In this document: one piece after another, positions 20,030-29,305 of the stretch
How positions within the stretch are numbered: the first letter of the stretch is position 1
Layout of the letters: every line of letters starts with the position of its first letter
DNA from: Escherichia phage RB69
DNA length: 64,000 nt
Direction: 5' to 3' (one strand)
Sequence record: NC_004928.1
Program-made: the position numbers and the translations under genes
The notes under the pieces: model-generated
What the model was told of the DNA's origin: nothing
Seen by the model: the letters and a program-made list of their open reading frames with translations, nothing else
The model's database searches: none

Positions 20030-21023
20030 ATTCCTTAAGAAGTTTTACTACTTGAATAAGATTAGCTCGTTCTGTTTTATTTTTACCGTTTAAGCCTGCT
20101 AATCGTGAGATTTCATCGTCAGTCTGTTGAATAGTTACATTAAGTTCGTTAATCAAAGCTTCAAAGTATTTGATTTGCTCAGCATGTTTTGATTCAAATT
20201 TCTGAACCGGAATAACGTCTTGGTTTAGTTCGTCAATAAGGTCTTTAAGAGCATCTTCTTGGTTGATATCATATTCAACTTCTTTTATTTCTTCAACGAG
20301 CTCGTCTTTATATCTAACGTCTTTTAGTCCTGGTGCTGGTCCTGAAATCTCTTCTTTAAGAGTACAAACATACCCAATACGGTATCCAATGCCGTCTCGC
20401 TTGATATCAACTTCGTCGATAAATCCACAATGTTTAAGACCAGAGCCGATTAGGTTAAAATATCCTTGACGTCGTCCTTCAAACGTTACACGAACTACTA
20501 AGACGGTTTTGCCACCGACCTTTTGAAGCTCACATTTATAAAAGTCAGTTGAACCTGAATAACGTGGATGAGTTTTAAAGTTCATCTGACGATCTAGGCC
20601 CATTTGTAAACGTGCTGATACGGCCAGAAAACGTGTTTGGTTCTCGTTAAGATGAGCAACAATCTGTTTCAAAGGCATTTTACCCTGTTCACGTCCGAAC
20701 AAATCAGTACGTCCTAGATTACGCAGGATGTTGTTAGAGTTAATCATCGACAGAACGTTAAGTTTATTCAGCGCGCTGAAGATTCCATCAGCCATTGATT
20801 TTCCATAACCTTTACACGCTTTAATAAGTGCTCGCGGCAGATTAGTATAGATTTCAGACGGCATATGAAAATCAAATTTACTAGTCAGTAATTGATGAAC
20901 TTGGATAGCAATTTGCTCATAATTAAGTGCTCTGCGATCGTTATGGTCTTTAAACCACACTTTAATCTGTGAAGCACATAAACCGTTAATTTCATGTTTT
21001 ACCGCATCAGATGTAATGCTCAT
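20028..21023 (-). CDS. hypothetical protein (331 aa) with C-terminal coiled coil
   Basis: Long ORF; promoter-like element upstream at 21059..21085. Confidence 0.55.
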   Translation of the reverse strand: MSITSDAVKHEINGLCASQIKVWFKDHNDRRALNYEQIAIQVHQLLTSKFDFHMPSEIYTNLPRALIKACKGYGKSMADGIFSALNKLNVLSMINSNNILRNLGRTDLFGREQGKMPLKQIVAHLNENQTRFLAVSARLQMGLDRQMNFKTHPRYSGSTDFYKCELQKVGGKTVLVVRVTFEGRRQGYFNLIGSGLKHCGFIDEVDIKRDGIGYRIGYVCTLKEEISGPAPGLKDVRYKDELVEEIKEVEYDINQEDALKDLIDELNQDVIPVQKFESKHAEQIKYFEALINELNVTIQQTDDEISRLAGLNGKNKTERANLIQVVKLLKE

Positions 21024-21085
21024 AACTATTTCCTCAGATTGAATTGGAACTCAAAACCATTATAACCCGTCCTTGGGTAAAGCGT

Positions 21086-21613
21086 TTATGCGTGAACCGT
21101 CTTTAAACGTTCTTCAAATTTCCGAAGAGTACTAATACGTTCTGCTTTCTGTTTTGTATAGTTTGCAATACGTTCTGAAGTGAGAGCGTATCGTTCGTTT
21201 ACTGTTTCTTTCATGAAGTCAGGGATTTCACGAGAATCTCCAATTTCATCAAACTTATCGAGTACTGCCTGGTCTTCAGCAATTAAATTTTCGTACATCT
21301 CGATATCTTTCTTAATAAACTCGATATCTTCCTGGGTTACTTTGGATAAACGAGATGCTTTATCCTTTTTGTGCTGTTCGTTAGTTTCACGAGACCAGAA
21401 TAATGTACGTTTTTTGTTAGTGTTTTTGTAGACTTCCACAATTCCAACTGAATCGATGATAACAATCCAATTCCAGCGAGATTTGAAAATCTGACCTCCG
21501 TCCACGGTAATCTCGTTACCATAAGCAACGTCATTAAAGAACTTGCTTTGTGCTTCAGATTTAAATTTACCGTCGTTATAATTTACCAGGTTGAAAATAT
21601 CTTTAGCGTTCAT
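21086..21613 (-). CDS. hypothetical protein
   Basis: 175-aa ORF preceded by promoter cassette at 21632..21670. Confidence 0.5.
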   Translation of the reverse strand: MNAKDIFNLVNYNDGKFKSEAQSKFFNDVAYGNEITVDGGQIFKSRWNWIVIIDSVGIVEVYKNTNKKRTLFWSRETNEQHKKDKASRLSKVTQEDIEFIKKDIEMYENLIAEDQAVLDKFDEIGDSREIPDFMKETVNERYALTSERIANYTKQKAERISTLRKFEERLKTVHA

Positions 21614-21631
21614 GTTTTACCTCCAGTAGTT

Positions 21632-21670
21632 GATAGGTCTATAATAACATAACCATAGACCTTGTAAACA
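21632..21670 (-). promoter_or_regulatory. early promoter cassette (TAGGTCTA..TAGACCT palindrome, GTTTACA)
   Basis: minus strand GTTTACAAGGTCTATGGTTATGTTATTATAGACCTATCAA. Confidence 0.5.
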
Positions 21671-21671
21671 A

Positions 21672-21947
21672 CTAAAAGAAACTTTTTTCGGTATTTTTTC
21701 CACTGAACCAAACTGACTTCGGGATTTTTTGTAATTTTTCAGATTTAAGTTTCTCTTCCTGTTCTTTCTTATATACACCCTTGTCGTACTGGAGCATCTC
21801 TAGGGCATTCTTTTGCAAACGATCTAAGGTAATTAAGGCTTTAGTTTTTCCTTTCAAGGAAGAGTCTTGGCGAACCTCCTCGCTATATTGTTCTGTTGCA
21901 CTAATCATACGATGGGCATATAATTCACGACGGGCTTGGATATTCAT
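21672..21947 (-). CDS. hypothetical protein
   Basis: 91-aa ORF. Confidence 0.45.
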   Translation of the reverse strand: MNIQARRELYAHRMISATEQYSEEVRQDSSLKGKTKALITLDRLQKNALEMLQYDKGVYKKEQEEKLKSEKLQKIPKSVWFSGKNTEKSFF

Positions 21948-21997
21948 AATTTCCTCATTTCAGTAAAGTAACTTCCGAGATTTCCTCCCAACCATCT

Positions 21998-22948
21998 TTA
22001 TCCAGTTGAAATAAAATCTGCTACATAAAGAGCCGTACGTAATGATACATTGCGAAGACGAGATACGTTAGCCTTCATCCAGGACAATGCTTTGTACGTT
22101 TCTGCATCCGTCAGGCCACGTTTCTGCATCATGTCAGTAGATAATATTACATCTTCAACTCTGACCATAATCTCTTCATTAGAGTGTACTCCAAGGTCCA
22201 AATACACTGAACGAGATACTAAAGCTTGAAGGTGTGGAGCAAGTTTCGAACCGCGTTCTAACTCTTTATCGATATCAACGTTTGTAATGAAAACGATAGT
22301 ACCTTCAAACTCAAATTCTTTATCGATACCCTTATCATCAAGATAAGATGATGCAGTGCTCCAGCAAACTTTGCGTTTATCACCAGTATCTAATGCGGCT
22401 TTAAGAAGGTTCAAGATATCCATATCTGAGAATACGTCAACGTCGTCGATTAAGAGAACACTGTCTGCATCACGGTTGAGCCAAAGTTGTTCGTAAAGGC
22501 CAATACCAGAGATTTTGCCATTAATGCTTTTGTATTTGATGAAACCATTATCATTAGCATTATTAAGCGCTTTATCCAGAGAATACGTCTTACCAATACC
22601 TGCTGCACCTGAAATAATGAGTGAACGAATTTTGCCATCAATAATGCCATTCGTCATCATGTTCATTACTTTAAAGCGTTTGTTGATACGAGTTTTCATA
22701 TCTTCAGCGCTTTCAACAACTGCAACTGGTGATGTCTCAACTCCTTCCATTACGATGTCTGATTTGAAGACCCATACTCCACGTTCAGAACCATCAATCA
22801 TACCGAAAATTTTACCGTCACCTAAGTGGGAACATTCAGGATTAAGCTTTGCCGGGAACCATGTCTTTGTGGCAACATAAGAACCAGAGATTTCGTTATT
22901 ACGATAGATACCTTTTTTGATTTGAACGTTGAACATTTTATTCTCCAA
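21998..22948 (-). CDS. AAA-type P-loop ATPase
   Basis: Walker A GAAGIGKT, Walker B LLIDDVDVF, sensor-like FITN; 316 aa. Confidence 0.6.
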   Translation of the reverse strand: MENKMFNVQIKKGIYRNNEISGSYVATKTWFPAKLNPECSHLGDGKIFGMIDGSERGVWVFKSDIVMEGVETSPVAVVESAEDMKTRINKRFKVMNMMTNGIIDGKIRSLIISGAAGIGKTYSLDKALNNANDNGFIKYKSINGKISGIGLYEQLWLNRDADSVLLIDDVDVFSDMDILNLLKAALDTGDKRKVCWSTASSYLDDKGIDKEFEFEGTIVFITNVDIDKELERGSKLAPHLQALVSRSVYLDLGVHSNEEIMVRVEDVILSTDMMQKRGLTDAETYKALSWMKANVSRLRNVSLRTALYVADFISTG

Positions 22949-23006
22949 ATTTACTCATTTCGTTTCGATAGGTCTATAATAACATGTTTAAAGCAAAAGT
23001 AAACAA

Positions 23007-23225
23007 TTATTTGCGACGAGATTTTTTGGTAAGAGGTTGAAAGAACACTGCTTTACCAGCAGGAGTCAAAGTGACTCGTAATGCATTACCGATTCCCAAG
23101 GATGCTTTAACCAGACCTTTAGATTTCAGTTCACCGAATGCTTGACGTTGGTCTGCATCACGAGTGTTAACCATAAGACCTTTATCACCAGCTTCACGAA
23201 TCATTTCTAACATTTTGGTTTTCAT
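23007..23225 (-). CDS. hypothetical protein
   Basis: Track ORF 23007..23282 trimmed to MKTKMLEMI with SD AAGAGGAG. Confidence 0.45.
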   Translation of the reverse strand: MKTKMLEMIREAGDKGLMVNTRDADQRQAFGELKSKGLVKASLGIGNALRVTLTPAGKAVFFQPLTKKSRRK

Positions 23226-23244
23226 TTTGTTCTCCTCTTGTTTT

Positions 23245-23282
23245 GATAGGTCTATAATAACATATCCTAAAAGCATGTACAC
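23245..23282 (-). promoter_or_regulatory. early promoter cassette (GATAGGTCTATAATAACAT)
   Basis: shares the GATAGGTCTATAAT core with 22967..23005 and 21632..21670. Confidence 0.45.
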
Positions 23283-23290
23283 TACTTTTT

Positions 23291-23327
23291 AAAAATATTT
23301 TGACCCCCTAAAGGGCCCGAAGGCCCT
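23291..23327 (-). terminator. putative terminator hairpin (GGGCC-UUCG-GGCCC)
   Basis: GC stem with tetraloop directly downstream of ORF 23330..24319; weak U-tract. Confidence 0.4.
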
Positions 23328-23329
23328 TA

Positions 23330-24319
23330 TCATTTATAGTACGAATTGTGGTTTTCTAAGTAGACTTGTTCAAGGAAGTCGTCCCAGAAACTCATATCTA
23401 CTTTTTGCTGCATACCGTTCTTAGCAGCTTGTTCTGCCGCATGTTCAACTTGGTCAACGATATCTTCTAAGAATTCCTGTACGGTTTTAAACGTATGTTT
23501 ACCAAGCTTAACATCGAGAATAAATGGAGCATCCTGAAGCGGGTAAACCAGGTCGCCGGTTTTGTAAATTTCTAAGAGCTGAAGTCCACCACGGCATGCA
23601 TGACTCAATGCTTTCCAGTCAATACCTTCGTTAGCTTCTGCCTTACGAGCACGTTCACCATAGTTCTCTTCCAGTTTAACCAGGATGGCATTGAACTCTT
23701 TATTGGTTAACGTATCTTGGAATTTACGGTCTAACAGATTATAGAATGTTTGCTTACCTGTTTTCTCGTTTTCAGTTTCAACCCACGAAGCAAATTCACC
23801 TACAGGCAGAACATTCTTCATATGTGATAAACGAATTACTGCACCATTATCAAAGTATTGTCCCCATTCATTAGAACGTTTAAGGGCTTGACGAAGAACA
23901 GCCAGTCGAGAACCCTTGACACCGTATTTAGAAGCTTGCTTACGGACATACCCTAAATAAGATTTCATGTTAGTGGTATAGAAACGAGACCTGTTATCTT
24001 GAATATACTTCCATACATCAGGCAAATCAGATTTAACTACTAGACTTTGTGGAGTGTGAAGCATATCTAATGCGACGGTTTCACCATCTGCAGCTAGTTT
24101 AAAGAAATATTTGAGACTATACAGCTCATGGTCCACGTCGTCTTTTGTGTTCTTAGAAGCAGTGTTATTCGTGTTCTTGCTCATGTGTTCTTTAACGTTA
24201 CCGGTCAAGATATCACGAGCATGAGGGACATAAATTTCTTTAAAATCAACGTCAGATTCAGGAGTAGACGTTCCATAAAGGTGGCTACCAAAGTAGCCTT
24301 TCATAATTGTTTTCATCAT
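23330..24319 (-). CDS. Pol-beta-superfamily nucleotidyltransferase-like protein
   Basis: N-terminal hG[GS]x(8-10)[DE]h[DE]h signature (YFGSHLYGTSTPESDVDF) followed by about 290 aa largely helical; function unassigned. Confidence 0.5.
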   Translation of the reverse strand: MMKTIMKGYFGSHLYGTSTPESDVDFKEIYVPHARDILTGNVKEHMSKNTNNTASKNTKDDVDHELYSLKYFFKLAADGETVALDMLHTPQSLVVKSDLPDVWKYIQDNRSRFYTTNMKSYLGYVRKQASKYGVKGSRLAVLRQALKRSNEWGQYFDNGAVIRLSHMKNVLPVGEFASWVETENEKTGKQTFYNLLDRKFQDTLTNKEFNAILVKLEENYGERARKAEANEGIDWKALSHACRGGLQLLEIYKTGDLVYPLQDAPFILDVKLGKHTFKTVQEFLEDIVDQVEHAAEQAAKNGMQQKVDMSFWDDFLEQVYLENHNSYYK

Positions 24320-24789
24320 TTAGCCTTATATTCAAGAGTAGGACAGACTTTTTCTTTACGAGCTTTAAGGTATTCACCTATTAATGATTTCTTACGTTCA
24401 ATAGGCTCAAGTCCATTTTTAATTCGTTCTTGGTTTTGTGCAATGAGCTCAATTTCTTTATAATATTTTCTGTCGTTATATTTGTCTAACAACCAAGACG
24501 GACCAATTACCAACCCGGTAGAAATAAAAGCCATGACTGCTACAATTAAAACGCCTACACCAATTGAGGCTGGAACTAATGTCCATAGACTGCTAAAAAC
24601 AAAGAATTTAGTTAAAATTTCATGGCCAATGATTGTGACTGCTGCTAAAATCGCAAATCCAATAATCGAAACAGCCAATACCGGGAGAAATGTTTTCCAA
24701 AAATAAGAACACAACGTTTTCGGGCGATTCCATGTACTATTGAATGCGGCATAAATTTTATAGTGCCAAGAGTTTTCATTGATAATCAT
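24316..24789 (-). CDS. membrane protein with two hydrophobic helices
   Basis: 157 aa; two about 22-residue hydrophobic segments then charged tail; ATGA overlap with downstream nucleotidyltransferase gene. Confidence 0.55.
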   Translation of the reverse strand: MIINENSWHYKIYAAFNSTWNRPKTLCSYFWKTFLPVLAVSIIGFAILAAVTIIGHEILTKFFVFSSLWTLVPASIGVGVLIVAVMAFISTGLVIGPSWLLDKYNDRKYYKEIELIAQNQERIKNGLEPIERKKSLIGEYLKARKEKVCPTLEYKAK

Positions 24790-24798
24790 AATAATTCC

Positions 24799-25341
24799 TT
24801 ATTTCAAAGTCGGGATAATAGAATCAAGATAAGCTTTAAGAGCAACTGCTTCATCTTTGTCTAATGTAATGATATGTTGACGAAGGTCATCAATTTGGCG
24901 AATAACTACGACATCACCGTCTTCATAAGAAGGATTAACGCCTAAGACTGTTGTATAGTCAGGGCGGTCCTGATTTGTAATAAAAGCATTACGGCATTTA
25001 GCCCATTGAAGTTTGGCTTTTTTGACTGTTTCAGATTCCATGAATTCTTTCACCTTAGTGACGAATGTTTTCCAATTATTAATAGAAAAACATTCGTCTT
25101 CAGTTTCGATATTAACCCCACTATAAAGTCCGTGATAAAAACGAACTTGAAGGTCTTCGTCAATGTTAATTACAGATGCATGGCCTGGTGGATTGAGTTT
25201 CAAAATCTTGTCCAGTTCCATAGGAAGAATAGTAACAGCATCATCTTCTTGTGTCAGAACGTAAGCATAACCACGTTTTTCGATACATAAATCGCCAAAC
25301 AACTCGGTTGTTTCAATTACAGTTTTCATATTATTCACCAA
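24799..25341 (-). CDS. hypothetical protein
   Basis: 180-aa ORF, first gene of the three-gene module. Confidence 0.5.
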   Translation of the reverse strand: MVNNMKTVIETTELFGDLCIEKRGYAYVLTQEDDAVTILPMELDKILKLNPPGHASVINIDEDLQVRFYHGLYSGVNIETEDECFSINNWKTFVTKVKEFMESETVKKAKLQWAKCRNAFITNQDRPDYTTVLGVNPSYEDGDVVVIRQIDDLRQHIITLDKDEAVALKAYLDSIIPTLK

Positions 25342-25636
25342 TTAAAGTTTCAACAAAATTCACCAAATCATTCAGACAAGCATCAACCTGATTTTCATAA
25401 AAGTCTTCGTTATCATTTACTGCATGATAAGCTACATCATTCAAATCTGATTCGGCCTCACGTAAGTGAGGGATAAGTTCCATCAATTTATTAGCTTGTT
25501 CACGGGTCATTTTACCATACTCGCTTCAATAAGATTAATTACACCATTTACCATGTTATACGTAAACATCGGATAATTGTATTGTACTATAACATAAGCG
25601 ATAAGCAAAAGTTTCATTTTGTTCTCCATTTGTTTT

Positions 25637-25676
25637 GATAGGACTACTATAACATAGTCCTACCAAGATGTAAACT
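25637..25676 (-). promoter_or_regulatory. early promoter cassette, canonical copy (GTTTACA-n6-TAGGACTA-tgttatag-TAGTCCTA)
   Basis: 8-bp perfect inverted repeat flanking the -10 region; GTTTACA -35. Confidence 0.5.
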
Positions 25677-25908
25677 ACCGATTGTGTTTTAAATGTTGAT
25701 AAAGTTCTTCAACTTGTTTAGGGTCCAAAACAATTAAGTCATTTTCTTGGCGAAGATAATTCCATCCCTTATCCCCAGGGCCATTTTTACAAAACATCAC
25801 CGTCGTCATATCATCATCAGCGCTTTCAGGTAAAAGTTTAAGTACACCGTCTTCAGATTTTCCAGTATAATCGTAAAGCATAATGTCCTCACATAATCTC
25901 GTTAACAT
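25675..25908 (-). CDS. hypothetical protein
   Basis: 77-aa ORF. Confidence 0.45.
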   Translation of the reverse strand: MLTRLCEDIMLYDYTGKSEDGVLKLLPESADDDMTTVMFCKNGPGDKGWNYLRQENDLIVLDPKQVEELYQHLKHNR

Positions 25909-26068
25909 ACATTTGCAATTCGGTGTGGGCGTCGGCCATCTTTTTCATAGCTCTGTTAATGTCGATGTCTCCATCTTCGCAACCATGAGCATTTTCCCAA
26001 TCGGATACAGAATTAGCATACTCTTCAATCAAAAACATCAACTTAGAAATCTTTTCTTTACGTGTCAT
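25889..26068 (-). CDS. hypothetical protein
   Basis: Track ORF 25889..26137 trimmed to MTRKEKISKL with SD GAGGAG. Confidence 0.4.
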   Translation of the reverse strand: MTRKEKISKLMFLIEEYANSVSDWENAHGCEDGDIDINRAMKKMADAHTELQMYVNEIM

Positions 26069-26134
26069 AACGTTCTCCTCTAGTAAGTAAGGACTACTAT
26101 AACACAACCTGAGGAGAAGTAAACTGATAGATGC

Positions 26135-26163
26135 CAAAAAGCCCCAACCTTTCGGAAGGGGCT
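26135..26163 (-). terminator. rho-independent terminator (GCCCC..GAAA..GGGGC then U5)
   Basis: hairpin plus T-run on minus strand downstream of rI; identical 28-nt element at 42081..42108. Confidence 0.55.
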
Positions 26164-26169
26164 AGTAAA

Positions 26170-26472
26170 TTAGATAGATGTAGGCTCTAATTTTATTTTC
26201 ATGAACTCAGCAAATTTTCTGGCAGTTTTTATGCCTTGTTCATGACATTCAAATGCATCATCACAGGGGCTATTTTTGTAATGCTTTGCCATATACTTAT
26301 AAAATTTTTCAGAATTCTCAACATTTTGAATTTCGAACAAAGTATATACGTTTTTAATCCCTGATTCCATAAAGTTATCAAAGTACGGGTCAACATATGC
26401 AGTGCCAACAATAGGAGTCGTTGCTGCAAAAAACCCCAGCATCGCCACAATGGCTATCGCTCTTAAGGCCAT
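26170..26472 (-). CDS. rI: lysis inhibition regulator rI
   Basis: MALRAIAIVAMLGFFAATTPIVGTAYVDPYFDNFMESGI resembles T4 rI (signal-anchor then periplasmic domain); located next to tk. Confidence 0.8.
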   Translation of the reverse strand: MALRAIAIVAMLGFFAATTPIVGTAYVDPYFDNFMESGIKNVYTLFEIQNVENSEKFYKYMAKHYKNSPCDDAFECHEQGIKTARKFAEFMKIKLEPTSI

Positions 26473-26484
26473 ATAGGCCTCCTG

Positions 26485-26697
26485 TTAATTTTGGCCAGTA
26501 TTTATTTTTCGCCTTTGGACGGCCTTAACATCTGCGAGGTATTTTTCCAGCTTACGCTTACGAGTATAATCTGCTTTAGAACCAGTTTGACGGATATCCT
26601 CATTTAAATGAGAAATAGAATGTCCTAATTCTCTTCGGATTTCATCCAATTGGGTTACAGTAAGATTACGAAGTTGTCTTTCGTTTAATTGCTGCAT
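26485..26697 (-). CDS. hypothetical protein
   Basis: 70-aa ORF between tk and rI. Confidence 0.45.
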   Translation of the reverse strand: MQQLNERQLRNLTVTQLDEIRRELGHSISHLNEDIRQTGSKADYTRKRKLEKYLADVKAVQRRKINTGQN

Positions 26698-26724
26698 ATA
26701 TACCTCTTGGTTAGATATTAGTAT

Positions 26725-27306
26725 TTATAACAACCCTGTCAAATCGTTCCAATGCTTCCGGCATAATGACACGTATCTATCGGTATCACCAATTTCAATT
26801 TGACTGCCATCTGTAATTGGAAGTCCGTCTTCCGTGACTCTAGCTACCATTGTGGCCTTTTTACCGCAATGACAGACACCTTTAAGTTCAACAAGCTTAT
26901 CGGCAATAGCCATTAATGCTTGAGAACCTTCAAATAGATTACCTTTAAAATCTGTTCGTAGTCCGTATGCCATTACCGGCACATTGTATACGTCAACAAT
27001 ACGACTAAGTTGATACACCTTTTCAGTAGTTAAGAACTGAGCTTCGTCAACAAATACACAGTGAATATCCTTTTGTGCTGCAGCCCATTTATAGAATTCA
27101 AAGATATCCATGTCTTTTGTAATTATATTGGCGTCCTGACGAATACCAATACGAGAGACTATTTCACCTTTTGAATCGCGAGTATCAATAGCCGGTTTAA
27201 GAACTAATACACCCATGCCACGTTCTTTATAGTTATGTGCGGCAGTAAGTAATGAAGCAGACTTACCAGCGTTCATAGCGGCATATGTAAAAATTAAACT
27301 AGCCAT
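26725..27306 (-). CDS. tk: thymidine kinase
   Basis: MASLIFTYAAMNAGKSASLL...VFVDEAQF near-identical to T4 Tk. Confidence 0.9.
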   Translation of the reverse strand: MASLIFTYAAMNAGKSASLLTAAHNYKERGMGVLVLKPAIDTRDSKGEIVSRIGIRQDANIITKDMDIFEFYKWAAAQKDIHCVFVDEAQFLTTEKVYQLSRIVDVYNVPVMAYGLRTDFKGNLFEGSQALMAIADKLVELKGVCHCGKKATMVARVTEDGLPITDGSQIEIGDTDRYVSLCRKHWNDLTGLL

Positions 27307-27315
27307 AAGAGTCCC

Positions 27316-27498
27316 TTATAGTGAATTCACGTAGTCAATGAGTTCTTGTTCTTTCCTGTCAAATGATTCCATCAATGCGTGATATTCTTCATCTGTTAAA
27401 GGAGCATATTCATCGTACGCATTGGTGGCTGCTTGTTCATCCAATAGGTCATGGATAAGTTCGAACAGTTTAGCTTTCTCTTCTTTAGTTAATTTCAT
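27316..27498 (-). CDS. hypothetical protein
   Basis: 60-aa acidic ORF. Confidence 0.4.
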   Translation of the reverse strand: MKLTKEEKAKLFELIHDLLDEQAATNAYDEYAPLTDEEYHALMESFDRKEQELIDYVNSL

Positions 27499-27989
27499 TT
27501 AGGTTCCCAATCAACAATCACAATTTCTAGTTTAGTGGAATACGTATCTAAAATCTCTTCGATGACATCCCAGTTTCCGCCACCGATACCTGCACCAATT
27601 CTTGGCATATAAATTACAGGCTTTGTTATCTTATTCTTTCCGAATTCATTTAATTCTATTATACAATTCATTAAAGCAGAGTACTCAAAATTAGGTCCCG
27701 GCTCAAACTGCGTATAAAGATTAAAGCAATAAGCTTTATGGGTCTTAAAATATTTTTCATAAACCGAATAAGTCCCGAGTTTAGACTCGTCTCCAAATTC
27801 GGTTTGAAGTTTATCGGCTTCCAGAATTTTTGGATAAGCCTTTGCTAATTGTCCTGCCACACCACCGCCCATTGTATGAAAACAATTACATCCATGAGCA
27901 ATATTATTACCTTTAGAAAACAGGGCGACAATATCGCCCTTGATATAGTTTTTAATCACTTGCTGCAAGTCCTCTAGTATAAGAGTCAA
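27495..27989 (-). CDS. macro-domain-like protein (putative ADP-ribose binding/hydrolase)
   Basis: GDIV...HGCNC...GGGVAG and IGAGIGGG motifs typical of macro domains; 164 aa. Confidence 0.5.
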   Translation of the reverse strand: MTLILEDLQQVIKNYIKGDIVALFSKGNNIAHGCNCFHTMGGGVAGQLAKAYPKILEADKLQTEFGDESKLGTYSVYEKYFKTHKAYCFNLYTQFEPGPNFEYSALMNCIIELNEFGKNKITKPVIYMPRIGAGIGGGNWDVIEEILDTYSTKLEIVIVDWEPK

Positions 27990-28299
27990 CTAGACGGTCC
28001 ACCATAGAATTGCATGCTGCCTTATCTTTAGGTTCCGCCACCGAGCATTCTAATATTTGCCATTTTTTATAGTATCTTTTAATTAAGGTAGACGCCTTGA
28101 ACCTACTAGACGCCCCATCTTTTTCTCCGTCTTTATACGCATATAACAATTTTTGTGAAAAATCTACTTTACACTCTTGACTTTTACCGCAATAATCAGA
28201 CGCCGTTCTGTTTGTATACTCCGTTACATCAGTATATGTAGTATTAGCAAGAGCGTTAAATGAAACCAAGCCAACTATTAAAGCCAACATTTTGGTCAT
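27952..28299 (-). CDS. secreted protein (vs position)
   Basis: 115 aa with N-terminal signal peptide; same length as T4 Vs but identity not verified. Confidence 0.4.
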   Translation of the reverse strand: MTKMLALIVGLVSFNALANTTYTDVTEYTNRTASDYCGKSQECKVDFSQKLLYAYKDGEKDGASSRFKASTLIKRYYKKWQILECSVAEPKDKAACNSMVDRLVDSYTRGLAASD

Positions 28300-28838
28300 T
28301 CTTTTATTTCCAGTAGTTTATTTGATTTAAGGTAATTAGCCTTTTCTAGGACTTCAGAAGCATATTTACTTCCAGCACTTGTCTTCCATCCCGCATTATA
28401 TGAGGATATAGCTTTTCTTATATCCCCGTTATGTATATTTAACCAATAAGAAAATTCGATATAAGCCCATCTGGCTGAATTAGACCGCTTAGATAGCATT
28501 TTCTTAATTTGGGCGTCAGTCATATTATAACCAAGCTGGTTAATTCTTGCCCTCATTGTCGGTAGATAATTTTGGAACATTCCATACGCATGGTGACCTT
28601 TCTTATCTTTAAGATTAATACCGGCAGATGATTCCTGCCATAGTATTGCGGCCATTATGTATCCAAGTCCTTTCTTATGCATATTTTCATGCGTTTTAAA
28701 TTTTCCGTCCTTAGAAAACTGTTCCCCAAACTGATAAGCATAATTCAAGTTATCGAGTTGGACATTACTAAAAGTATGCTCGGAGCTATGTGCTGATAAC
28801 GAAAGAGCAAATAGACCAGCGAGTAGTGCTTTTCTCAT
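28296..28838 (-). CDS. secreted lytic-transglycosylase-like protein
   Basis: Signal peptide MRKALLAGLFALSLSA then AILWQESS motif resembling the SLT catalytic Glu-Ser region. Confidence 0.4.
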   Translation of the reverse strand: MRKALLAGLFALSLSAHSSEHTFSNVQLDNLNYAYQFGEQFSKDGKFKTHENMHKKGLGYIMAAILWQESSAGINLKDKKGHHAYGMFQNYLPTMRARINQLGYNMTDAQIKKMLSKRSNSARWAYIEFSYWLNIHNGDIRKAISSYNAGWKTSAGSKYASEVLEKANYLKSNKLLEIKE

Positions 28839-28846
28839 GTTTACCT

Positions 28847-29305
28847 CTAGATTTTAATCACTGCTTTAGAAGCTTTTCCTGGTAGTCGTTTACTGTTAAT
28901 AATAGCCATTCTGCATTGAAGAGTCTTCATTTTGAATGCTGGATTTTCGCGACAAACTGTAAGTCCTAACCAAAGATTTCCATCAGTTATTTCTAAACGG
29001 CCCGGGCGATATTCGACACCTTCGACAAAATCTTCATCAACATCTGGACGTGCCGGCATTGATAAAAATTCTGCAACTTCTTTAACATGATTTTTTACTT
29101 TATGAAATAATTCAAAAACGTAATTCTCATCTATTTCTCTCTGGATGGCACGATCTAAGAGATGTTGAGAATACTTGATATGAAAGCCTGGTAGTCCAAG
29201 AGACTTTGCAGCATCTTTTATACTGGCATTTATTTTGCGGAACTCCGTTTCAAAGATTCGACGGAGTTTATTACGGCGGATAAAAACGTCTGAATTGATA
29301 GTCAT
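28847..29305 (-). CDS. regB: endoribonuclease RegB
   Basis: MTINSDVFIRRNKLRR... resembles T4 RegB; start trimmed to ATG with SD AGAGGAGA. Confidence 0.75.
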   Translation of the reverse strand: MTINSDVFIRRNKLRRIFETEFRKINASIKDAAKSLGLPGFHIKYSQHLLDRAIQREIDENYVFELFHKVKNHVKEVAEFLSMPARPDVDEDFVEGVEYRPGRLEITDGNLWLGLTVCRENPAFKMKTLQCRMAIINSKRLPGKASKAVIKI

